The notes under the pieces: model-generated | Seen by the model: only the letters and a program-made list of their open reading frames with translations | Database searches by the model: none | Told to the model about the DNA's origin: nothing | Shown: piece by piece, positions 9,938 to 18,900 of the stretch | Position numbering within the stretch: position 1 is the stretch's first letter | Layout of the letters: the number at the start of each line of letters is the position of its first letter | Position numbers and translations under genes: made by a program | Assembly: GCA_965213925.1 (NCBI GenBank) | Contig: OZ243927.1 | Location: 832,001-896,000 of the forward strand | Length of the DNA stretch: 64,000 nucleotides | Reading direction: 5' to 3' | DNA from: Trueperaceae bacterium | GTDB lineage: Bacteria > Deinococcota > Deinococci > Deinococcales > Trueperaceae

Positions 9938-10651
9938 CTAGTTTACAGGGGTGACGCTCACCCTGACCCACGACTTGTTGAGCGGGTAGATATAGCCGTC
10001 TTTCACGACGCGCACCACCCCGGTTTCGGTCTCACCCGTGTCGGGCCCGCTTTGGCGGGGGGCTTGGTTGGGGCCGCTCGGACCCTCGTTGACCTCGGTA
10101 TCCGCGTCCCAAAGAATAAGGTACGAGGTGATGTCGCCCGAGAGCGGGGTGCCGTCCGGGGCGAAGAGCGGGACGCCTTGCTCGGTCGGCGCGAAGAAGA
10201 GGTCGTTCGAGTCGCCAAACATCGTCGCCAGGGATAAGAGGTCGCCGGGCTCCGCCTGGAAGGAGAATGCGAAGCCGTCGCCGGGCAGCGCCGCCCCTGG
10301 CTCACCGGTGCTGTTCAGCGCGGTGAACGCCGCAGCCGACTTGACCGCGCCGCCCATGCGCGACTCCATCGCGGCGACGAGCGCGGCCAACGCGTCGCCC
10401 AGCTCCGCCGCGAAGCCGTCCTCGGCCACCGCTTCTAAGCCCTCACCGTAGTCGGGCTCTTCGTTTTTGAACAGAGGCGCGGGCGAGGTATGGACGACCC
10501 ACACGCCGGGGGACAAGGCGGGGATAACGTCTCGACCGGAGACTTGGATCATGTCAGAAGGCGAGATGTTCTCAACGGAGACGTTGAAGGTCGTTTGGGC
10601 GAGGCTTAGGCTGAGCAAGACGGTTGTCAAGAGTGTTAAGAGGTATTTCAT
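9938..10651 (-). CDS. Secreted spondin-domain protein
   Basis: Signal peptide; LSPGVWVVH, GLEAVAEDG, ATMFGDSNDLFFA, LWDADTEVNE. Confidence 0.85.
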   Translation of the reverse strand: MKYLLTLLTTVLLSLSLAQTTFNVSVENISPSDMIQVSGRDVIPALSPGVWVVHTSPAPLFKNEEPDYGEGLEAVAEDGFAAELGDALAALVAAMESRMGGAVKSAAAFTALNSTGEPGAALPGDGFAFSFQAEPGDLLSLATMFGDSNDLFFAPTEQGVPLFAPDGTPLSGDITSYLILWDADTEVNEGPSGPNQAPRQSGPDTGETETGVVRVVKDGYIYPLNKSWVRVSVTPVN

Positions 10652-10881
10652 ACCTTTCTCCTTTTTCTTTGCTGAGTGCGTACGTTTAGGTCAAAGCCCT
10701 GTCTTCCCTAGCTTTAAGTATCGGGTCGCGTCGTCTCAGCAGACGATGATGGTCTTGTTCTCCCTCTCGACCTAAAGGATGAGAAGGTGCCTGGGCCGGT
10801 AGCGCTTGCCTTGATAAGTGATGCAGGAGGCGTTCCTTGCTTACGTCCCGCCAATAAAGGCGCACATGTAGACACTGCCTC

Positions 10882-11764
10882 ACCCCAATTCGGAAAAGGG
10901 AAATTCAAAGCTCAAATGCCCCTAAACGGCTGAGTTGGTAAGCGAGCAAGGTGGTGTAAACGTGCAGGATGCAGCCCACCGTCGAGCGGTAGGGTCTGTC
11001 AGAGAGTCCAAGTCTATCCAAGGACGAGAAGACCGACTCAACGATGCGGTGTCCTTGGTAAAGCCTCTGCTCACGCTTGGGCGGGGGTAGCTGGTTGCTG
11101 CGGCGCGGGGTTATAAGGTCAACCGCTTGGGAGGCAACGTCGGCTTTAAGCTCGGAGCTGATATAGCCTTTATCGGCGGTTACAATGGCGTAAGTGAGTT
11201 TGTCTAGTAGGCGAGGCGCGACCTTAACATCATGTTCGTTCGCGCCTCGCAGCAGTACCTCACAGAGTCTGCCTGTATCGTCCACACGCGCATGAAGCCG
11301 AAAGCCATAGAAGGTGGTGTTATGGACGTGGTCACGCCCATAACTGCCCGCAAGCTTGGTCCTTTTAGCACGGGCAAAATCTACTACTTCTAGTTTCTTC
11401 GAGTCGAGGTGCTGTTTCGTCGTGTTATGCCCGGTGCAAAGCTGTTTAACCGCGAGAATAATCTGTCCTATCAGGAGGCGCTTACGCTCACAAAACGTTG
11501 AGGGTACAGGTACGTCCACGCCGAACGATGCAGCAACTTCAAGCATCTTCCGGCTATAGCGAAAACTCGACAGCTTCTGATAGACCGCTAAGGCGATGAT
11601 GAACGAGTCTGGAAAAACAGGAGCACGTCCTTGAGGGGCTTTTCTACGCTTCTTGAGGGGTAAACGTTCGACGGCTTGTATAATCTCTTCGAGGGTTGGG
11701 ATTTTGCGCATACATCATTGCAACCCTCACTTCTCCCGCTGTCAAATCTTTTCCGAATTGGCGT
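10882..11764 (-). mobile_element. Complete IS982-family insertion sequence
   Basis: 17-bp TIRs ACCCCAATTCGGAAAAG / CTTTTCCGAATTGGCGT (16/17 match); 6-bp target duplication TGCCTC at 10876-10881 and 11765-11770. Confidence 0.9.
10905..11711 (-). CDS. IS982 family DDE transposase
   Basis: LDS, FYGFRLH, ANEHD, ADKGY and RIVESVFS motifs. Confidence 0.88.
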   Translation of the reverse strand: MRKIPTLEEIIQAVERLPLKKRRKAPQGRAPVFPDSFIIALAVYQKLSSFRYSRKMLEVAASFGVDVPVPSTFCERKRLLIGQIILAVKQLCTGHNTTKQHLDSKKLEVVDFARAKRTKLAGSYGRDHVHNTTFYGFRLHARVDDTGRLCEVLLRGANEHDVKVAPRLLDKLTYAIVTADKGYISSELKADVASQAVDLITPRRSNQLPPPKREQRLYQGHRIVESVFSSLDRLGLSDRPYRSTVGCILHVYTTLLAYQLSRLGAFEL

Positions 11765-11806
11765 TGCCTCGTCATCTCTCACGTGTCCAGATGCCATATG
11801 TATTTG

Positions 11807-13666
11807 TTAGGGCTCGAGCGGCAGCGTATAGACCGCCGTGCCTGCCGTGATGAAGAGCGTCCGTCCATCCGGCCCGCCAAAGGCGACGTTCGTGCCGACC
11901 TGTGGCAGCGGGACGGTGACCAGAACCTCGGCCTCGGGCGAGAGAACGACCAGGCCGCCGGGTGCGGTAGCGAAAAGGTTGCCTGCGCCGTCCACTTTGA
12001 GCCCGTCCGCGTTGCCTTCTAAAGAAGAGTCGAACTGATGGAACATGTGGCCGTTTAAAAGCGTCCCTTCCTCAGCAACGTCATAAACGTACAGGGCCTG
12101 CGTCGCCGTGTCGCTGACGTAGAGCAACGACGCGTCGGGTGAAAAGGCGAGGCCGTTCGGCGCGGCCAAATCGTCAGCCAAGAGGGTCACGTTGCCGTCC
12201 TCCTCGAGCCGGTAAACGCCGGAGAAGTCGAGCTCGGCCTCCTGCCCTTCGAGGCCGAGGGGCGGACCCAGCAGACCGAAGGTCGGGTCTGTGAAGTAGA
12301 CCCGACCCGAGCAACTCACCACGAGGTCGTTCGGGCTGTTGAGCTTGTCGCCCTCGTAGCCATTCGCCAGGACGTTGAGAGTCTCGCCGTCAACCTTGGA
12401 CACCGCGCGGTCGTGCTGAGCGACGATGATGTCGCCCTCTTCAGTCTGGACGAGGCCGTTCGCGTGACCCGAGGGCTCGAGCCAGACCTCGGCGTTCCCT
12501 TCCGAGACCTCGTAGATGGCGTTCGCGTAGATGTCGCTCACGAGCAAGCCGTCGCCCGTCCACAGCGGGTCTTCGGTAAACTCAAAACCGTCGGCGTAGA
12601 GGACCGGCGTCGCACCTTCGGCCACAGGCGACGGCCTCTGCTCGAGCAACGCCGCCACCGGCACCCCAACCAGCTCGAAGGGCAGCTCGGGCGGCGTATT
12701 TAACGCGCCGTTCTCGTCGTCGATGATGTGGTCGAGCTGGCTGTTGACCGTCCAGAGTCGCCCGTCAAGGACAGCCGACGAGGTCGGGCGGTTGTAGACC
12801 TCTTCAAAGGCGTCGTGAGAGGTCAGCTCGGTGCTCGAGTAATCCTCGGCGAACACAGCGCTGACGACGGACGCGGGCGGCGTCACGTTGACCATCAGCA
12901 GGCTGTCTCCGTGAAAGAACATCCCGTCCGAGCCGCCAAAGGTTTCTACCGCGTCGCCCGAAAGTTCAACGTCCGTGACCTCTTTCGTCTCCAGGTCAAC
13001 GCGCACCAAGCGCCCGCCGCCTTGGTTGATGCGGTCCATCACCGAGGCGATGAGATAATCTCCGCCGGGCGTGAGCGCCAGGCCGTTCAGTCCAAAGGCC
13101 CGCTCCGGGTCGGGGTTCATCAAGAGGTCATCCTGCACGAAGACCTCGACCCCTTGTAGCTCCGGGGCCGCCGTCCAGATGACGGGCGCGGCCGTGTCCG
13201 AGACGTAAACGCGCCCATCATCGGCAATCGCGATCTCGTTAAAAAAGTGCGGGCTGTCGTCCGGGTCGGCCAAAGAGGCGAGAGGTTCGCCCGAAATGAG
13301 GTCATACACCTTGAGATCGCTCGTAAACCCGTCAAAGGAAAAGTTGGCGACCCACAGACGGCTTCTGGTCTCGTCCGCGGCCAAGCCGACCGCGCTCGAG
13401 AGCCCATCCTCGCCTGGCTCCTTGAAGCTCTCGACCTCGCCGCCTGCAACTTTCAAGATGGAGCCGTTGCCGAAGCCGGTGATGAACATGTCGCCGTTCT
13501 CCAGCGCCACGATGCCTTCCGGGTAGAGTGCCTCGCCGGGCAGAGCCAGTGTGGCGACCTCCTGCGCCCTTGCACCCGCCGCTAGCATGAGCACCGTCAG
13601 CGCGAGCAGCGCCACCAAGCCCGGAAGACCGCGACGAGCCGCAGCCCCCAATCCTTTTCGCCTCAT
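11807..13666 (-). CDS. Secreted tandem beta-propeller protein with C-terminal SMP-30/gluconolactonase domain
   Basis: YPEGI, FFNEIA and GLNGLA in the N-terminal propeller; NSPNDL, PNGLAFSPD and ADGLKVD in the C-terminal one; RBS AAGGAG before ATG 13666. Confidence 0.82.
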   Translation of the reverse strand: MRRKGLGAAARRGLPGLVALLALTVLMLAAGARAQEVATLALPGEALYPEGIVALENGDMFITGFGNGSILKVAGGEVESFKEPGEDGLSSAVGLAADETRSRLWVANFSFDGFTSDLKVYDLISGEPLASLADPDDSPHFFNEIAIADDGRVYVSDTAAPVIWTAAPELQGVEVFVQDDLLMNPDPERAFGLNGLALTPGGDYLIASVMDRINQGGGRLVRVDLETKEVTDVELSGDAVETFGGSDGMFFHGDSLLMVNVTPPASVVSAVFAEDYSSTELTSHDAFEEVYNRPTSSAVLDGRLWTVNSQLDHIIDDENGALNTPPELPFELVGVPVAALLEQRPSPVAEGATPVLYADGFEFTEDPLWTGDGLLVSDIYANAIYEVSEGNAEVWLEPSGHANGLVQTEEGDIIVAQHDRAVSKVDGETLNVLANGYEGDKLNSPNDLVVSCSGRVYFTDPTFGLLGPPLGLEGQEAELDFSGVYRLEEDGNVTLLADDLAAPNGLAFSPDASLLYVSDTATQALYVYDVAEEGTLLNGHMFHQFDSSLEGNADGLKVDGAGNLFATAPGGLVVLSPEAEVLVTVPLPQVGTNVAFGGPDGRTLFITAGTAVYTLPLEP

Positions 13667-13722
13667 GTCGTCACTCCTTTCGGCGCCGGTGCTTCGCCTC
13701 GAGGGTGCGCCAGCGCGTATCG

Positions 13723-13765
13723 AGCCTAGAAGCTTTTGGACCATGAAGTCTTGAAGAATCTTGCG
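13723..13765 (-). promoter_or_regulatory. Putative AraC-box promoter
   Basis: CGCAAGATTCTTCAAGAC at 13748-13765; -10 TAGGCT 19 bp downstream. Confidence 0.55.
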
Positions 13766-14283
13766 AGACGATGCGGCGTGACGGGTTCCGGGCTCAATCG
13801 TGACTAGCGGGTTGTGCATTCCCGCCTCACGCCTTCGCCCACCTTCCGCGTTCGCCACGCTTCGGGGAGATTGTTAAAGCGCAGCTCGAGCGCTTCAGGA
13901 AGTGGAGCTTGAACACGCCATAGTCATGCTCGTGCCCGAAACGTCCCCCGTCTGCGCGCACCAGCGTCCTCACCCCGGCGAGCAACAACCTCGAGGAGGG
14001 GCAAGATGACCTGCGCGTTCGCGGCGGGCGGACTGGGTCGCCACCGGGTTCGTTAGCGCGGCGTCGCCGACCTCTGACACCTCGGCTAAAGCCAGAAGAT
14101 GTGACGGGCAGCCCGTCTTTATTAACCTTAGTCAGGTCATGCGGGCGGTTTGTAAACCCCGGTGTATGCAGAATGCCCGTTAAACACTTCGGAGGAGAAA
14201 CGAATGCGTTTGTGTGGCTATGTCAAAACAGCCACGTGAACTGATGTTGAAGAAATTATGGGGAAAGGTGCAGAAGTTCTTAT

Positions 14284-15543
14284 TGGCTCATCCAGTTAAT
14301 TCGACTCAGGACTAAGCTGAGGACCTCACTTTAAGGAGGTCGGTGATGCGTCCTTGCGCCCGTGTTCGTCAGCTAACCGAGGAAGAGTATAGGAACTCAA
14401 GCGTTGGGAACGCTCACGGACGATGGGGCTAGTTCACGGCGGGCACGCACCGTGCTGCAGTCGAACCTAGGGTTGTCGGTACATGAGGTGGGCGAGAAGC
14501 TCGAGCTACACCACCAGACGGTGCGCAAGTGGGTGAACCGCTTCACGAAGCTGGGTATTCCTGGTTTAGAAGAAAGCCCGCGTCACGGGCGACCTCACAT
14601 CTACAAAAGCGAGCATGTCGGCACTGTTATTCAAACGGCTTTAACGAAACCTGATGAGCTAGGTTTACCTTTTGGCGCTTGGACCCTCGACAGGCTGGTC
14701 GTCTACCTCAGTGAAGAGAAGGGCATCATGATGGGACGCAGTCGTATGAGCGAAATCTTCAGGAACGAGGGGCTGAGGTGGCGACAACAAGGAGGGTGGT
14801 ATGGACAAAAGGTGGACCCCGAGTTCGCTGAAAAAAAGGGTGCCACCCTACAGCTCTACACCGACCCACCAGAGAACAGCGTCGTCCTCTGCATAGACGA
14901 GATGGGACCGCTCGCCTCAAGAACATATGAAGGTAAGGAGCTGACCAAAATTCGTGGACCCCCCGCCGGACGCGCGAAAGTCGCGCTTGACTATACACAT
15001 CGCCCGAAAGGTGGTTTCGTCTTCGGCGCATTAGAACCCGCCTCAGGCGCAGTATTCACTGAGATGGTCCCGCGCCGCATCGGCGGGCACTATACCGAGT
15101 TTCTGGGAAAGGTCGAGCAGTGGGTCCCGCCCGAGGTCAAGCACATCTACGCCATCATCGACAATCTCTACATGCACAGCTCTTACGACGTGCTCCTTTT
15201 TAGTCTGGCTCACCCCAGGTGGGAGTTCGTCTTCCAGCCCAAGTACGCTAGGTTACCGACAATACCCGCTTCGCAGGGCACAGGACCGGATTCGCCTAGC
15301 GGCGATCACCTAGGGGTATCTCAACCTCACCGAGCCCTGGTGGAAGACGTTACGCTCTTTAGCTCTCAAAGGCAGGCGCTTCGAGGTCTGGACCGAGATG
15401 GTTGAGCCCATTCGAAGAGCCACTGCCTACTGGAATGACCACAAGCACCCTTACGTTTGGGGCAGAAGAAGACGCCACCGCACGCCGCGTAAGTTTGGCG
15501 TCGCCGCCCTCCCTACCGTGAGCGCTTTTTAATGGACGAACCA
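14284..15543 (+). mobile_element. IS630-family element (disrupted)
   Basis: Imperfect TIRs TGGCTCATCCAGTTAA / TGGTTCGTCCATTAAA (rc); TTAT on both flanks. Confidence 0.85.
14346..15532 (+). pseudogene. IS630 transposase pseudogene
   Basis: HTH (TVRKWVNRF..PRHGRP), CIDEMGP, IIDNL, FQPKYA...YLNLTEPWWK; frameshifts near the 5' end, slippery AAAAAAAG near 14831, about 64 extra bp at 15250-15316. Confidence 0.85.
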
Positions 15544-15547
15544 TTAT

Positions 15548-15650
15548 TGGTGCATCTTTTAAGTCCGCTGCAAGGTGTTTTCTCAGTGGTTTGCGCTGGC
15601 AATACGGAAAGCCACTTCCGAAGCGTGCGCGAGATTAACCGGATGCACCA
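15548..15650. mobile_element. 103-bp MITE (copy A) with IS630-like ends
   Basis: TGGTGCATC...GATGCACCA termini; TTAT flanks; exact reverse-complement copy at 39667-39769. Confidence 0.85.
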
Positions 15651-15682
15651 TTATGCAACGAACCGGGCCGTTCGCGATCTAA
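15651..15682. repeat. 13-6-13 palindromic site, degenerate copy 1
   Basis: TTATGCAACGAAC-CGGGCC-GTTCGCGATCTAA. Confidence 0.55.
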
Positions 15683-15686
15683 AACC

Positions 15687-15718
15687 TTGTGCGTGAGATG
15701 CGCGCGTCTCTTGCAGAA
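15687..15718. repeat. 13-6-13 palindromic site, copy 2
   Basis: TTGTGCGTGAGAT-GCGCGC-GTCTCTTGCAGAA. Confidence 0.9.
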
Positions 15719-15975
15719 GACTTCAGCTATCTGGTCGCCGTAAATATGGTCCGCGCTGCTGAGCAACCGGCCTGACTCGAGCAGGTGCTCCGCCTTCAGC
15801 TACGTACTTGGCGTAGTTTTTGCTCACATAGACGATGTTTTTAAGTTCACACGGTGCAAGTAGCGTCACATCGGAGAGCATCACGGTAAGACCGCTGCGT
15901 TCAACCAGCAAATTTGTTAGAAGATAGACGGTGCTACCCTTCAATTCTCACCAATCCACGCCGTTTTCGTTAACA

Positions 15976-17157
15976 TCAGGTTTCTTCGTCTATAAAAAGT
16001 ACATCGCGCACGAGACTGCGGCTGTCCGCCTGACCGCCAAGCGAACCCGCCAGGGTGCCGAACGCGGAGACGAACAGGCTCAGCTTGATATGGTCGAGCG
16101 TTCGCACCGCCGGGTCTACGGTCGGCCACGTCTCCATAAGTTGGCGCGGAAAAATCGTAGCGACGCCCAAGTAGACGAGCGCGGCGAAGGCGGCAAAAAT
16201 AAACAGCGTCGTCAGCGTAAGACTGAGCAGGATAGCCGCCCCGGTGACGACGCTCGACTCGGCTAAACGTCGGCCCCTGCGCCGGGGTGCGCCGAAAGCG
16301 AAGGCGCGGTAGAGCGCAAACGTTCCCACCGCTACGGACACACCCGCAAACAAGATGAGTTGGTACAGCTCGACGGTGCTTGCTACGTCCCACATCTCCG
16401 GGCTGAAAAACACGACGATGATAACCGACAGCGCTGCGGTAATCAGGGTAGGCAGGCGCGTCGCCAAACGCAGCGGGTTCGCCCTGGCTACAGCGTGAGC
16501 GATACTACGCCAGTCGCTCCGAAGCGTGCGCAGCACGAAACCCCAGCGGTTGCCCTGGCTCGTGCGCTCGTGCGCTTCACGCGGCAGGGCTAGGCGCACG
16601 TGGTTCCGCTGCTCGGGCGTCAGCGTCGCCATCGCGCCCAAATCGTCTACGCTTTCAAAATCGTACATCGCGTTGTGCGCCTCGTCCGAGTGCGGCAAGT
16701 TGAGAAGATGACCGAGCGTATGCAGCAGGAGGTGATTTAGGCGCTGCACGGTGAGCGCCTCGTCCGCTTCTTCCCCCCAAAAAGCGGGCTCGAGCCGCTT
16801 CGTCGAGATGACGCCGATGTTGGTCAGCTGACTCGGCAGGGCGAGGGTGTAAGAAAGTGTGGTGGCGGCGAGGTCGACTTCAGTGACGATGAGGAGAAAG
16901 TCGGCGTTACGCTCGAGTTTTTCGCTCACGCCGAGGCGCAGAAAGTCGAGCGGCGCGTAGGCTCCGGCGGTCGGGGTGAGGTGCGGTCCGTCGAAACGGA
17001 GTAGGTCAACACGCAGCCCTAGTTCGGTGCCAAGCGCCTTGTCAAACGCCGTCACCGCCTCGTTCGCCAGCCTCTCGAAACGCTCCGAGTGCTTGCCCTC
17101 CACGTCTATCGTCATCACACCGACGACGTACTCACGGCTCGAGGGGGTCTTAGACAT
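15976..17157 (-). CDS. Zincin (archaemetzincin-like) domain fused to a 4-TM membrane domain
   Basis: HTLGHLLNLPH..NAMY (HExxH-like with E replaced by T); C-terminal TM helices. Confidence 0.7.
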   Translation of the reverse strand: MSKTPSSREYVVGVMTIDVEGKHSERFERLANEAVTAFDKALGTELGLRVDLLRFDGPHLTPTAGAYAPLDFLRLGVSEKLERNADFLLIVTEVDLAATTLSYTLALPSQLTNIGVISTKRLEPAFWGEEADEALTVQRLNHLLLHTLGHLLNLPHSDEAHNAMYDFESVDDLGAMATLTPEQRNHVRLALPREAHERTSQGNRWGFVLRTLRSDWRSIAHAVARANPLRLATRLPTLITAALSVIIVVFFSPEMWDVASTVELYQLILFAGVSVAVGTFALYRAFAFGAPRRRGRRLAESSVVTGAAILLSLTLTTLFIFAAFAALVYLGVATIFPRQLMETWPTVDPAVRTLDHIKLSLFVSAFGTLAGSLGGQADSRSLVRDVLFIDEET

Positions 17158-17579
17158 GGTTGCTCACTAAGCTGAGTATACGTGACGCGCCTGTGCCAAT
17201 TCGGGACAGTTCCCTCAATCAGAAAATTTCTTACGCTAAGGCAAGCTGCCCCGTTTACAGCATTCGGTTCGTTTTGATCAGTTGTGTCGGGAACGTTCTA
17301 CTTGTGAACTAGACACTCAAACCGTCCGAAGAGCAAAGACAGGGCAGCTACGCTTAGTGCAGCAAAGCTTATTCAGGACTCAACTTATTCGCTTACCGTT
17401 AATTTTTTCCAAGCAGGGAACTACCCCTATTTGCGGTGTCCCTACGCGGAGAGATGTTCACCGAGAACTTGATACGGTGATGGAGCTACAACACGCTTGG
17501 CTGAATGGCGAGCAAGGGCACCGGATTAGCGGTTCAAGGACCACTAGCGCCCTTTTGCTTACTCAAGCTGCATAAGTCC

Positions 17580-17611
17580 TTCTGCGAGAGACGCGCGCGT
17601 CTCTCGCATAC
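17580..17611. repeat. 13-6-13 palindromic site, copy 3
   Basis: TTCTGCGAGAGAC-GCGCGC-GTCTCTCGCATAC; perfect 26-bp palindrome at 17583-17608. Confidence 0.92.
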
Positions 17612-17656
17612 CGCTTATGCAACCCTCGGTCCGTAGTCCTACCTTGTAGATTTCAA

Positions 17657-18187
17657 TCACTCAGCCTGCTGTCGGCTTGGGAACCGCTGCTCGGCGACCT
17701 TACGCAAAAGACGGTGCAGCGTCTCCCGCTCGGTCCCGCTCAAACACCCGTAGGTATCACTATCCGCCGCGTCGATAATGCTCCTACTCTCTTTGAGAAC
17801 GCGCTCACCCCGAGCGGTCAGTACCAGCTCGTAATAGCGTCGGTCATGGGTGCTCTTCACGCGCTGCACGTAACCGAGCGCTTCTAAGTCGTCTACAAGG
17901 CGCACCACGTGGGTGCGGTCCAAGCCTAGGTTCTGACTGATGGCGACCTGTGAGCGATGCTCGCTCTCGGCGATGAGCTTCATCACGCCAAGCTGACGCG
18001 CGTCGATGTGAAGCGGCTCCAACATCTCCTCCAGGACGAGCTGCGCCATCTGCGCGACGTAGCTCAGTACGTACCCCGTCTCCGACGCCAGCGTCTCGGA
18101 GAGGTCGTGAGAGTTGAAGTAGAGGGGCGGCGCGGGCACGCGATTCCGTTTAGGGACTGCTCGAGCATCTTTTGAAGCCTCAGACAT
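17657..18187 (-). CDS. MarR family regulator
   Basis: LGLDRTHVVRLVDDLEALGYVQR...DRR..LTARG. Confidence 0.9.
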   Translation of the reverse strand: MSEASKDARAVPKRNRVPAPPLYFNSHDLSETLASETGYVLSYVAQMAQLVLEEMLEPLHIDARQLGVMKLIAESEHRSQVAISQNLGLDRTHVVRLVDDLEALGYVQRVKSTHDRRYYELVLTARGERVLKESRSIIDAADSDTYGCLSGTERETLHRLLRKVAEQRFPSRQQAE

Positions 18188-18890
18188 GGGCTAGTCTACA
18201 CGTCGTGCGCCGAACCACTCTCATGTGGGTAGCCCTGCGCAGGTACGCGAGCAAGCGGTGCTGCATTTCAAAGGTCTCCAAAAGCACGTCTCGAAAACCC
18301 TTGTCCGTTACCTCGTCGTCGCGGAAATGTCGGATGGTCAGGTACTGGTTGAGCCGCAGCAGGTGAATCGCGGGGTGGTCAGTGCTGTAGCCGCGCGGCG
18401 CGTTTTTAAGGCTGTCCTCATCGTCTAGAACGTCAGAAAACACCTTGCGAAAGGCGTCGTTGTCAACGAGCTGCTCGAGTTCCTCCGGCTTGTCATGGAT
18501 GCACTCGCGAATGGTACTTAGCACCTCGCGCTTAGGCGAATGAAGCCCGCCGCCAGCGACGCTCCCGCCGGGCGTGATGTTGAGGTAGTACCCCGGTTCG
18601 ACCTCCCCTAGAGGCGCAATGACCGCCATGATGTACGTTTTGAGCGGCGCGGCGTTGTCAGGGTGAAAGCGCGTATCGCGGTAGATGCGGGGCAAGCTCA
18701 CGACGCTGCCGCCTCCTAAATCCTTGCGCAGGCGTTCGTCGAAGGGGGCGATGTCGACTGCGACACCCTTGATACTCTGCTCGAAGGCAACTTTCATCGC
18801 CTTATAGTCGTCTTTACGCTCGTTGAACCAGTCCTTGGTGTTGTTTTGCTCGAGCTGGCGGAAGAACTCGAGCAAGGTCGGGTCGATCAT
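18180..18890 (-). CDS. DUF2461 / TIGR02453 family protein
   Basis: FFRQLEQNNTKDWF, RIYRDTRF, LKNAPRGY..DHP. Confidence 0.85.
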   Translation of the reverse strand: MIDPTLLEFFRQLEQNNTKDWFNERKDDYKAMKVAFEQSIKGVAVDIAPFDERLRKDLGGGSVVSLPRIYRDTRFHPDNAAPLKTYIMAVIAPLGEVEPGYYLNITPGGSVAGGGLHSPKREVLSTIRECIHDKPEELEQLVDNDAFRKVFSDVLDDEDSLKNAPRGYSTDHPAIHLLRLNQYLTIRHFRDDEVTDKGFRDVLLETFEMQHRLLAYLRRATHMRVVRRTTCRLAHV

Positions 18891-18900
18891 GCTGCCTCTA

